A stretch of 64,000 nt of DNA from Takakia lepidozioides (lineage: Eukaryota; Plantae; Bryophyta): contig CM060732.1 of NCBI GenBank assembly GCA_030704615.1, positions 35,836,001 through 35,900,000 on the forward strand, given 5' to 3'. How positions within the stretch are numbered: position 1 is the first letter of the stretch; every line of letters starts with the position of its first letter. Shown here piece after piece: positions 1 to 11,804 of this stretch. A program made the translations under genes and the position numbers. The notes under the pieces were generated by a model that saw only the letters and a program-made list of their open reading frames with translations, did no database searches and was not told the origin of the DNA.

Positions 1-134
1 TGTTTTGAGTTGAGCTTAATTGGTCTTATTCTGAAATTCTTCTACTTGTTAAGGATAGTAAGGTCAATTGTGGCACGATTCAGAGTTGGTGCCAACTGCA
101 GACTTCACTGATGGATTGATTATGCAATTGGCAG

Positions 135-2936
135 GTTGGGGATTCAGATGAGAAGTTGGCAGAGGGCATCAAGATCCATGCTATTTCAACAGTGCCTGCT
201 GCCAAGCGTGCCATTCTGCATGATCTAATAACAGTGAGTACAGGCTTCAACACTCCTGTTGGTTTGACAAGGCACTAAGTTTAAAGAATCACTATTGGCA
301 AACCTAGTTGGATGCCCCCAAAATTATTCATTTTATCCACAACTAAAATCCTTGGGTCGGCCTGGTTTGGCAGGTGTATGGCAAAGGGGGGAAGTCAATT
401 GTGTTCACACAAACAAAAAGAGATGCAGATGAAGTTGCATTGGCAATGGGGCGGACAGTGGGCTGTGAGGCCTTGCACGGTGACATCTCCCAGAATCAGC
501 GGGAGAAGACACTTGATTCTTTTCGTGAAGGCAAGATTTCAGTGCTGGTGGCTACTGATGTGGCCGCGCGGGGACTCGATGTCCCAAATGTGGACCTGGT
601 TTGCTGCTACCTCCCTAAATCCCTTACCCATAATCTGTCAGTATGAGCCATGTTTGCAAGTGAGTCTGAACACATCTGTTCATTTCAGTTGCGGGTCCGC
701 TATTTCCTAATGCATTCAGTTTCTGCAAAGTGATCAGTAACAGTTTGCTGTTTTGTTTGTTGGGGCCTCCCTCCTCCCTCATCTTTTATAGGTTGACAGT
801 CCTCCCTTGGTCAGCTTGTTTGTTTTCAGTAGACTTGGGTATATTAGCCTAGCAGATGTTTGCTGACAAGTATGTCAGGTGCTGATGGAAAGAAGATAGG
901 TACCAGTGGTGGCAATGTTTTGTCCTACCTGGCTTTTGAAGCTTTTTTTGGAAGTACTTCACGCCATATTAATAGTTCCCCATGGCTGAGTTTCAGGTTA
1001 CAGGCGTATTCGGTCTGACATAGAACTTGGGATGGGGAACTTGCAGGTGATACACTATGAGATACCCAATGATCCTGAGACATTTGTGCATCGCACTGGT
1101 CGAACAGGTCGTGCAGGGAAAAAAGGGACTGCCATCCTCATGTATTCAGATCATCAAGTGCAGTCAATGCGGTTAATAGAAAAGGATGTAGGGTGTAAAT
1201 TTGAGCAAATTGGAGCTCCTGGCATGAGCGACGTAATGCTTGCCAGCACTGAGCAGGTGACACAGATGGTAAAGCGTGTAAACCCTCAGTTGACCCAGGT
1301 TTTCCTTCCAACTGCGGAGTCCCTTTTGGACGAGCAGGGCCCGAGTGCTTTTGCTGCTGCCCTTGCACATATAAGTGGATTCAGTCAGCTACCTCCGTCC
1401 CGCTCTCTCCTCACTTATGAGGCGGTATGTATGGATCACACTGCTTCTTAATCTGTTAGTGGCCCTTCTCATGGTTTCAGAGATTTCAACTCACAGATAA
1501 ATAGGGGTAAGAGGGAGTTGTGAAAAGGTTGTCAAAAGACAATTAGATACAGGAATAATACCAAGAGTCTTTGGTGTTAGTGTGTGGAAGCCCCAATTTA
1601 GAAAGATGACGAGGAATTATGGGAGCAGGTTTGGTCTGTCAAAATGTGGTGGCTCTCTATAAGGCAAGTGAGACTTAATGCTAGCTAACAGACAAGGCTT
1701 TGAGTAGGGTGCCCCCTTTGCAGAAGGGTGATGCTGTGCCTAAATTACACAGGATGCATATGCGATGTGTGTGTTGCTACTAGATGTACTTGGGCACACT
1801 GATAGTTGCCAGAGCAAAGTAATAAGGACTGTTGTTGGTTTTGGATTTCAGGGATGGACTACATTGCGGCTGGTCCGCACACAGAGTGACTTGGTGCAAC
1901 CCACGTCAGCACGGCTTATTAGTGGGATGTTAGCAAGCATCTACAAACCAGCAGCTGACAAAGTTGGAAAGATTTCCATGATTGATGATGCCAGGGTGAG
2001 TAAGGTCCTCATTGCTTTCTGTCTGGATGGGTATGTTGAGCAGGTGAGTGAAAGCACAGCTCCAGTGAGTTGGAATCCTTGAGAACCTCACAATTCAGTT
2101 TGTATGGTTGGAGGTGGCCAGGTGCAAGGAGCAGTGTTTGACTTGCCCGATGATGTGGCGAAGGAGCTGCTTTCAATGCCAACAGATCATTCAGAATTTG
2201 TAATTGATGTGCCCAAACAGGTTAGGGTTCTCTAGCAAGAGCTCCTGCAGCTTATTCATTTCTAGAAACAGTCATGACAGGGTTGCTGGTGAAATAATTC
2301 TGATAAAACTCTTAGTTATGCCCTTGAGCTTGAAATCCTCCTAGTATTGAAATATGTTGCTTCGGAATTTTGTACCCTGTGGCTAGTTTTCACTCAGCAG
2401 TTGTGATCATGTGGTAAGAGGTAGTGCCTGATCAATGACAATCAGTCACTTTTGCATGATGGTGGTACAGCTTCCAAAGCTAGAGAGGGACGAGTTTGCC
2501 ACAAGAGGGCGTAGTGACATGTACGGGCGCTTCGCCCCAGGAGGTGGGGGCAGATCTACTGGCATGCGTAGTTCCTTTGACAATCGAGGTGGGAGCAGAG
2601 GAGTTCAATTTAGTGACCGTAGCCCCAGCAGATCGTCTGACCTGGAGACATATGGCTTGTTACAGTCAAATCGTTCAGATAGACGGTAATGTCTCAATCT
2701 GTCTGGGCTTTCACAGGGGTAATGCTGATGCTGAAATTGTTTGTTGTGCAACTGAAGACCCAGAAGGTCATTTGTGGGACCTGGAGACATAAGTATGCCG
2801 AGGCTTAAATTGCGTGTGCTTCTGATGCAGAGGGGATTCTTCCATTACATGTCATGTGTGTAACCAGCCAGGACATCGCGCTTCACACTGTCCAACAACT
2901 CGTTTCCAGCGACGCAGTTGGGGCAATGTAGAGTAG
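135..2936 (+). CDS. RH3: DEAD-box RNA helicase of the RH3/DDX21 type (helicase C-domain, GUCT, RGG region, C-terminal CCHC knuckle); 5' part lies outside the window
   Basis: GT-AG exons 135-233, 374-598, 1047-1424, 1852-1995, 2122-2220, 2471-2685 and 2831-2936 join in frame. Motifs: [48 protein letters not shown] (GUCT) and [14 protein letters not shown]. Stop TAG at 2934-2936. The architecture matches plant plastid RH3. Confidence 0.93.
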
Positions 2937-5428
2937 ACATTGGGTAGGAGGCCTTTCATTTTGAGCCAGCTGCAGAGCTTACTTCATAAGTTTCTCCCTC
3001 TAAAAATTGGAGAATTATACCCATGTAGGGCATTTGATACTGTTTGTGCCCTCATGTAGTAGAACGGAAAATACTGTGGTGCATCGATCCATAATTCGCT
3101 AACCGGATCATGCTCTGTCAGTTTGAAGGAGCACGCAATGTTAATGAATATGGTACAGTTATCTAGGGTTAAGAAGTGTGAAGCATGGTCTAAAGGTGCA
3201 TCACGTATCATTCGACAGACATTGACATGTTCTAAAAGCTATTTTTGGCCCCCTGTATTTCTTAAGCTACCTCCTGGTTGGCTGGCTGGTCTTACAAAAT
3301 CTGTAAAACACATGAGCTGCAGTTAAAGTGTTGAGCTTCCTGTGTTCAGCCCTATTTGCCTGCCTCCCAAGTGATGCTCTGTGGTAGGGCAGAAAGGCTG
3401 TCAGTGGGGTCAGGGCAAAGATTGTTACCTGTCCTCTTTTCCTAGGACTGGAAGGGAGTGCTGAGTGGTGGAGTCTCTGCTAGTGCCAGCCAGAATCAAA
3501 GAGTGTGGGGGAGGTAGGACTGAGGTAGGACCATGTGCATGAAAACTTTTCTCATAGTCTTGTCATTAAGGGGTTCATCTGGAGGCAATTATTTAATGCT
3601 GTTTAAGTCCTGGGATTGTGGCTTACTGAGGGACAACCATGAAGTCCTGTATCGATACTTCATTGTGAAGCTTGGCAGCTTCTGGATAGGTGTAACATCA
3701 CCTTATCGGTGTTTTGTTGTTGGAATTTTACTCGTTTTTTGTAAGTGATCCTTTTCACTTGAATTCGTGTAATCAAGCATGGACCAAGCACACGTTGGGG
3801 ACTGTGTGGATGACACGGGCTGTAAGTTTGCACCATTCTTGAGAACCTACCATGAGGGCAGGAATGTCTGAAAGGCTGGAATCGCTCCTGTTTTTGTTGT
3901 TGTGAGCACGGCAGACATTAGAGCTTCTCTCAAATGGACTTCATCTTGTAAACATTCAAAGAAGTCTCCAAATTGCAAAGAACTCCTTCCGGTATTTAGA
4001 TATCAACCTTAGAATACACCAAAGTAAGCAATTGGTTCTAAGACCATCTGCTGGAGTAGAATTCTATCAGCACAACTAGTTCTTGGGGCTGAAGGCTTTC
4101 AGAATAGTGAGCAACAGAGGTGTTTGATTGTGATCATATTAACCAATAATGAAAACCCATGGGCTGGAATAGAAGTAGTCATTCAGGACCACTAAAAGAA
4201 ATAGTAACTAGTGCCTAGTGCACAGCACAGGTTCAAAAGTCTATCACATTTCATCAGTGCCTGGAGTTCACACAAATTGTAGAGAAAACTGTCACAAATG
4301 GGGAAAGAAAAGAACAATACCCTTCTGGAATGGATCTTGTTTATGTTAAGGGCCATTTGTGGAGCTCCCAAATCTGGGATATCCTTAATAATAGCCTTGG
4401 CATCATCATTGGCTAGGAAGTTGAGATCTCTCAAGTTACTACAAGTACAACTTGCAGGCTATGTGAAGATAGCAACTCAGGTGGTGTGAATTCAAGCTTG
4501 CAAGTGAGGGACTGAATGAGCTTATTTTGGTGGCTCACATTGTCTAATGTAGCATGCCATTCTACCCAATCATCCTCTTTGCAGCGGATTGTGCTGCCCT
4601 GTGTTATTGCCCCTCCCCTCTCTTCTACACCTCCCAGTAGTTGCATGCATAAATCTACCTTGTATCATTGTCATTCCTGCTCTTAGGAAAGGGAAATGCC
4701 AACAAGTCAATGAGAACGGCATTGGTCCAACAACCCCTTTAACTCTCTGTCGATCTTGCACTAGAGATTTGGTATAGGGGAAGGGCAGCTGATGAGGCCC
4801 TTCCACCGTTTAAGCATGCGTGAACGAGGGTGGTAGCTGACAACAGCAGAATTCTTGTTGCACGCAGGAAAACTAAGAGACCGAGTCTTCGATCTTGGCA
4901 TGGCTATGGAGACGAGAAGAAGCCCTGCTCTTGTACATTTGAAAGAAGGGCAGAGGATGGATCAATTCTAGACATGTGATCTCTATAGCATTCAACACAA
5001 GTGGAGGGATGCAAGGAACATACCTCCGTCGTGGAGATGGAAGTCGGTATGGCAGCGATCCCGAGCTCAGAAGGATTTGAACTCAAAAAATCACCAACCG
5101 AGTATCACGCAGATGATTAGGATTTGTATTGTTTTGAAGTTAACCTCCATGAACCATGAAGGCTTTCAGGAGCGAGGGAGCAACTACCCGAAGGTCACAA
5201 TGGACACAAGAGTGATGCCATGCACATGAAACGAAACACCATAACAAAAGGAGCCAGAACACTAAGGAGGCCACTAGCAAGTCTCATATGTATCATTGAT
5301 ATTGTGGCATTTGTGGAAGAGCAAGCAATGATGAAACCCTGTAAGACTTTATTTACAATATGTACAATGGGTGAACGTGCATATGATGAGAAGTTCCCAA
5401 AAAGGGGGGGGGGGAGGAACAAGAAACA

Positions 5429-5500
5429 AGAGAAGAAAACAAAAAGCTATAGTAAGCTACTCAGCTAGAGAAGAAAACAAAAGCTATAGTAAGCTACTCA
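5429..5500. repeat. ~35-bp direct duplication at the 3' end of the CRE-like ORF
   Basis: AGAGAAGAAAACAAAA(A)GCTATAGTAAGCTACTCA occurs at 5429-5463 and 5467-5500. Confidence 0.9.
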
Positions 5501-8154
5501 AGTAGAGCGACCCTCCCAGCCAACAGCCTAGAGGGATCAGGCAAGGAGATAGGCAAAGTGTTAGGCAGAGGCGGAAAATGAGATGACGCGGAGCTAGCCA
5601 CATCAGCCCAATGCAAAATAGATATGGCTTGTGCTCTCTGCAAAGCAACTGAAACACGTTGTCGATAGTAGGCGACAAGGACGGAGGCATGTGGGATGCC
5701 AGTGGACCCGCTCTTGGCTGCATGATGTGCACATGTCCGCGAGAAATCGTCGAAGTGCCGGTGCAATGAGCCAAATATCTCGACCGCTAGTAGAAGAAAT
5801 GTGTCGGTGGGGTGACGATCGTTGTACTCGCGCTCCTTGGCCTGAGCTGCTACAGTGGCTGCCGTGCCTAGTGTAGTAGCTGCGCGAGATAGCCAATCCG
5901 CTCGAATGGGGTCGGCGAGAACAACATCTGCTAGGGTACGCAAACCATCTCTAGATAGGACGATGTCAACACGGCGGCGTGTAGAGTGGGACGTGAGCGT
6001 GGGTCGTAGATGTGGTTGCTCACGTAGTACATGATACCCTACCTCCCGAGCAATAGATATCACTGCATCGCGAACCATATCATGAGACGCAGTGCGCTCA
6101 CCACCACATGGACAACGGAGGAGATGGATGGCAAGGTCATCGATGGGCTGAAGACAGACGCAACGCTGAAGGCCCAATGCCGAAAGATGAGGCAAACTGA
6201 GTCGAAGGCGGAGCGCAGTAGTGAAAATAGGGGATGAGAGGCGAAAAGGTGCGATAGTGGGTTGTGCTGCCAACCATGCCCTTGCTCCGGGTCCTGCGCA
6301 TGATAAAAGTCGGGCTCGATACAACTCAGAAGAAGCACTTGAGAGCATGCCGAAAAAAGAATGACGGTGCACGCGCTCGGAAATGGACTCCTGAAGATGG
6401 TCGAGGCCTTGAGCAACCAACTGCTCAAATGGTGGTAGACATGCTCGCGCCGGTGCCGGAAGAAGATCTTATGCAGAGCGGAGATGTTACTGGAAGGGTA
6501 AAATATCACTGTCGACATGTGCAACAGCGTCCATAAGGATAGGACGATGGTCATAGAGAAATCGTGAAGCGAGGGCTGGCGCCACCAACGCCCAACTGCC
6601 GAGGAAAACTGACGGGGCGGTAGTGACAGTGGACAAAAGACCCACACCACCGGGAGAGACAGGCGGGGTGGCTTGCTGTCGTGGCAAAAGTCCCTGAGCA
6701 CCCTCCAGAGCTCCTGGTCCTAACAATCTCCCGAAGATAGTCATCATGGTAGTATCAAACCCAGATAAGAGGTGTAGGAAATCTGGGCTGGATGGAACAG
6801 TGCGCAAGAGATATAAGGGATGCTGAACGAAACATTTGGTCAAGATTCCATATGCTACCTGTACATCTCCAAGCCTAGGAAGGAGATCGACGTGGGCGGC
6901 ATCCTGGTGGAGTGCATCTTCCAAGAAAGACGTTTTGAACTAGGTGGTGCCAAAAGGGACTCCCAGGATTCTGATGCCATTGGGCGGAACAATGAAGTGA
7001 GCAGGGAGGACAAAATCTGCAGGGAGACCGAACAGAGACCACACCGCACACTTGCGAGGTTGCACTGAAAGGCCTACGGCAGAGAGTTGGGTGACAAAAT
7101 GATGGTAAGCTGAAAGTACCTGTGAGGCAGGGCCTACAATGTGCGTGTCGTCTGCCACCGACGGAAAAAGACAAGATGAGTGTACTTGTGCAAAAGCCGT
7201 GAGGGCGCGGACATGAGCCATGGCAAACAAAGGTCCTCTTAAAGGGTCGCCTTGGCGGGTCCCAACCTCGGACTGAATGATGGAGCACTCACCTAGGCGA
7301 GAATGATGACTGTAGTATAGGGGAATGGTGGATGCATAGAATAATCGAACAAACGGAATGAGCTGGTGTAAATCTCCTCCGGCTGAACGGAGCTCTTGAA
7401 AGATAGCCGCTCATGACACAGTGTTGAAAGCGTTGGTGACGTCGACCTGGAGAACCACCCAATCCAGATGAAAATCAAGAGCTGCACAAATCCCCTGAAT
7501 CACTGCCTCGTAACCTCCTGGAGTGACGACCTCGAACTGGTGCGGAAAAAGGTGTCTGGAGAAGGCATCTCGAAACTGAAGACAAAGTGAGCGGCTGACA
7601 AGGCGGTAAAGAACCTCTCCAACTGCGATAGGGCGGATGCCAGTACTTGAGGGTTTGCTCATAGCCAACAATCTGGAGGCCCCAAAGAGACGGGCCACTG
7701 GGGCAGGGATACGGCCAGCAGCAATAAAGGAACAAATCTGAAATAGCTGAGAGAAGCCACTAGCAGAGTCATGTGGAGAGAAACAGTCGCGTAAGTGCTC
7801 ATACATGAGACCGGAAGGACCTGCCGCTGCAAGATGGGAACTGCGCGTGAAGACCTGAGTGAAGACCTCCCGATCTAGCTTGAGATCCTGGTCTGGCTCG
7901 AAGTCCTCGACAAAAAGTGGCAGAATATCCTGAGCTGATGGGTGAAGGGCGTCGAGGGCAGGACAGTATCCGGTGATGGAGGTGCTGGTGAGGAAGGTGC
8001 TAAAGCCTTGGCCGCGCGTGAGTACTCGCCAACGCGGCCTAACATGAGACTATGACGAAGTCGCCTGTAGGCCGATGAGGGTGGCTGCGTGAAAGAAGCA
8101 GGATGGGCGCGTGCCGCAAAGGCTAGTGCCCGTAATTGATGCTCATCTTACAGG

Positions 8155-8320
8155 CTCTCCCAATCTCCAGATAAAAAACGGCGAAGACGGATGCGCGTCT
8201 ATCTGTGCCCTCTCCCAATCTCCAGATAAAAAACGGCGAAGACGGATGCGCGTCTATCTGTGCCCTCTCCCAATCTCCAGATAAAAAACGGCGAAGACGG
8301 ATGCGCGTCTATCTGTGCCC
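8155..8320. repeat. 55-bp tandem repeat x3
   Basis: Three identical copies of CTCTCCCAATCTCCAGATAAAAAACGGCGAAGACGGATGCGCGTCTATCTGTGCC start at 8155, 8210 and 8265, inside the N-terminal coding region of the retroelement. Confidence 0.97.
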
Positions 8321-10625
8321 TGACTGACCGCCACGAGGGGGCAAAACAAAACACCAATGAGGAAATAACAAGAAAAGATACCATGCTGGTATATCATCAT
8401 GATCACGAGCCAGCAAAGTGAGCTTGGCTCTCCACCCAAATTGATCATTCTCTCTTATGTGGCAGCAAATTTTCAAAGATTATGTCGTGAAGGCTTACTA
8501 ATGGAGGGTGGGGTTTTGGGTTCAGATATATGCAGATGCACTAAAGACAAATGAGGACCTCTGGTATCTGTGCTGCAATGCCACGTGGGGATGGCGAGGG
8601 GTCATATGCTCGTTCTCTCGACGAGGATTGGTCCCACAAGCTCCTAGCGATTTGAAGGGTCTCCAAACAGGGGCCCACACTCCTTGGGGAAAGGACGACA
8701 ATATCAACTAGAGGCACCTGAAGATGGTCGTCCTCAAGGGCTGACTGTACTAATGGAGCCCAGATACTCAAATTCTTTCCAAGACCACGCGTGCCGATTT
8801 CTGGAACCGTCGGATGTAGAACGTGAGAAGATCGGAGGCGCTTTGCGTTGAAGAATGCTGCGATTCTGCAGTGAATGAGCATCTTCGAAGATGTCGATCC
8901 CGGTTTCAGAGTTGCTCTCTAACTACCTGCTGGTTTTTTTTGTTTTTTTCCTTTTGTTTGACTGTGGCCCGTGTGGGGTGTGGGGAAAGCGCACGTGATA
9001 GAGGGAATCCTTGTTGGTCAGTCATGGCCGCCAGGCGGAGGACTGGGCGAAGCTACAGACCTGGAGAGACTGGAGTGGGGATACTTAGCAAAGAGGCGGT
9101 CTCTGACGTCGCACTTGCTCCATGGCGACAAAAAGACGAGTCGCTGTTTCTGGGGAACTTTGCAGCGAGCTTTATGAGTTGCCGACTGGCATCGTTAAGC
9201 TGACAGTAGCTATCAACTTGACGCCAGCCGGCTCGTGAGTCGTTATCTTTGGTTTGTGGGTTGTTATGCAGCTGGCGGGTAGAACTAGCGCGATGGCTGT
9301 TGTGGTCTGGTACTGTTGAATTTGTGTGGGGCTTTTACGGAGTTCCGTCTCCGTCTGTATTTGTCTCTCTCGTGCAGCAGCTACTCTAAGCTGCACTGGT
9401 GGAAAGGAGGGGGTGTTTTCGTACGTACAAGCAATACATGCATCCGTAGACACTGTTGGTGCTGATTCCTTCGTGATCTCTCTCTCTTTTTGATGCACAT
9501 CGGAAGTCATCTCAAGAGAACTCCGGTTCGAAAAGTCAGAAGGACTCTCCAAATCACTTACCTTGCAAGGTCGGGTTCCAGAAATAGAAGATGCAATTTA
9601 CCCCCTCAGAGTACTCAATCTCAGCTGGAAATTGCAATATCGCTCGGGCACCGCAGATCACAGTCCAGCTACAGTCGAATGTAATTGACAGGTGTGTTCT
9701 ACATCGCATATGTTGATCTGCCACCAGTGCTATTCTTGCCCCATATCCTCCGCAGGTGTGACGGCATGTCGCTGTGCTTGGGAGGATAAGTTTTGTTAAA
9801 GTAGTTCCTTTGGGTCGACCGACCATCACGACAGGGTTTCAACTCTTTTCTCTAGTACTGGACTGGAAAGGCTCTGCTGCAGCATAGCGAATTCAAGCCT
9901 ATCTGATATTAGTGGGGAGTTGAGATTACGCAAGGTGCACCCTTCTCCTCAGGTGGACGACCCTTCGGATTTCAGATCAAGAATTCTCTCGCGTCTAGAT
10001 ACTTGTACACTTCCAAGTATCGACGTTCATAAATAAGTGTCCTTACGGGAAAAGGCACTTGGCAGGGCAATTGTCTTACTGGGGTGCATGTTCTTCTATA
10101 GCGACAGGTTTTCAATCCATTCCAAAGTTCTTCTACAAACAGCTGGCTTTTTTCTCTCCCCAAAAGGGCAGTGAAAAGGACACATCCGTTTGACCGCGAT
10201 TGAATTCTCATCACATACTTGGCCAGGATCAGTCCGTGTTGGCTCTGGATCAGTCTCTGTGATGAGAAGCTTCTACTTCTTCAGGGCTGTGAATTCTTAC
10301 AGAGAGGTTGATTTTTTCAAATCAATCTGTTCATTTTTGCCAGAGTGATATGGATACAGTGCCTACACTGACATGTGTGATTTACAGCTTTTTGGAAAGG
10401 TCCAGTCCATTCAATTCTTTTGCCCTCGTCAGAAATCATACTGTGGGTCGAAGTTTCAGTGTTTAAAGATCACTGATGCTGTGAAGCGCATGTTCCGTCT
10501 GATAAGACATTGGTGGGGAAAAGACTAGAGGCCCCTGGTGTTTAGGTTTGAAGGTCTTCAAGTTTTGGCTACCCTTTGATGAGAAGTTGCTTGCATCGAC
10601 AAGGCCCAGTTAGATTTCTGTTGGA

Positions 10626-11767
10626 ATGACGGTCCCTTGCCCTCTGCGGTGGAGTGTGCTTGTGGTGGTGCTCTTCAGTCTCTCATTTGCGAGTATTCCT
10701 GTAAGCTCCCTGAATGAACCAGTGGCATCCTGGAGCAATGGTGCAGTGGAACAGGGTTTAGCAGCTGCCACAAGCTGGAATGTGAGGAAGTTGGGAGAAA
10801 GCAATGTGACCTGTCCTCTTGACTTCTCAATTCTCAAGACTTACACATGGGTGGTGCCAACATGTGCGGGCACAAGCAACAAGACTATCTGTTGCGAGGC
10901 AGCTCTGTCGGCCATGGGCCTGGGATTGGCCAAGTACCTTAGAGAGACAAACTACTTTGAGCTGCCTGATGAAGCGACCGTAGATGTGTGCTTAAATGTC
11001 TTCCGGCAAGAACTGGAAACCATTGGTCTCCAGAGAGATGTTGTGACTGAATGCTTTAATGGCACCAACTCCTACTATTCCTGGAAGATGTTCATCAGAG
11101 GTCCCTCCCTCTGTCAAGGAATCCAGACAACAGCAGACTTCAAAAGGGTAGTGGGTGTGACCCCAATGGACAGCTCCTGCAAGAGCAACCTGAGCAAGTA
11201 CGATCAGTGCCTGGTGTGCATCAATGACATGGAATCAGTGATCAACAGTCTCAGTGGCAACAACACTAGTGAATGCTTTGACTTTGTCCTCATCTATGCA
11301 GCAGGGGTGGTCAACACCCAGGGCCCTTGGGACTCCGGCACTGCACGCTGCATTCTGGCTGCCCCTGATGCCAGCTCCAAAAAGAAGGCACGGCACACCG
11401 CACGGGACATCGGCCTGGGTGCTGCTTTTGCCCTCATAGTGAGTATAGCTGCTGGATTGGTCTGGTATGTCCACCGGCACCGCAGACACTCCACAGTGCA
11501 CCGCGCCTTCGTGCAACGCCACAGCAAGCTTCTGAAGCCGAACGTTGGGCTCGTGTGGTACAGTTGGGAAGAACTCAAAGCCGCCACGCTTGGCTTCTCA
11601 CCCAAGCAGCTGGTGGGCCAAGGCGGCTTTGGCACTGTGTACCATGGCATTTTGCGGGATGGGACCGAGGTCGCAGTCAAGCGCTTCCACAACTGCACTC
11701 CAGAAGGAGACGCCGACTTTGTGAATGAAGTGGAGGTGATGTTCTTCCCCACTTATATTGTCCTCGT

Positions 11768-11804
<37 letters not shown>

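Larger units (their letters stand above)
5345..8900 (-). mobile_element. Degenerate non-LTR retrotransposon with RT and a C-terminal restriction-like endonuclease (CRE-like clade)
   Basis: Frameshifted ORF pieces give GIRPIAVGE, QVDVTNAFNTV, QGDPL, VADDTH and GIRILGVPFG, then CVC..HLLRC, HD, RVDIV..ADV, KEREY and LAVEIFG. Stop at 5494. An AATAAA lies near 5350 on the minus strand. The 5' boundary is approximate. Confidence 0.8.

Noticed and set aside
4789-4830. CTGATGAG hammerhead-like core (also near 41730)
   Set aside because: No stem II followed by GAAA and no stems I/III.
9172-9552. 126-aa minus-strand ORF and other short ORFs at 3-5 kb and 9-10.5 kb
   Set aside because: No recognisable motifs or consistent splice structure. 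Probably intergenic or decayed TE sequence.
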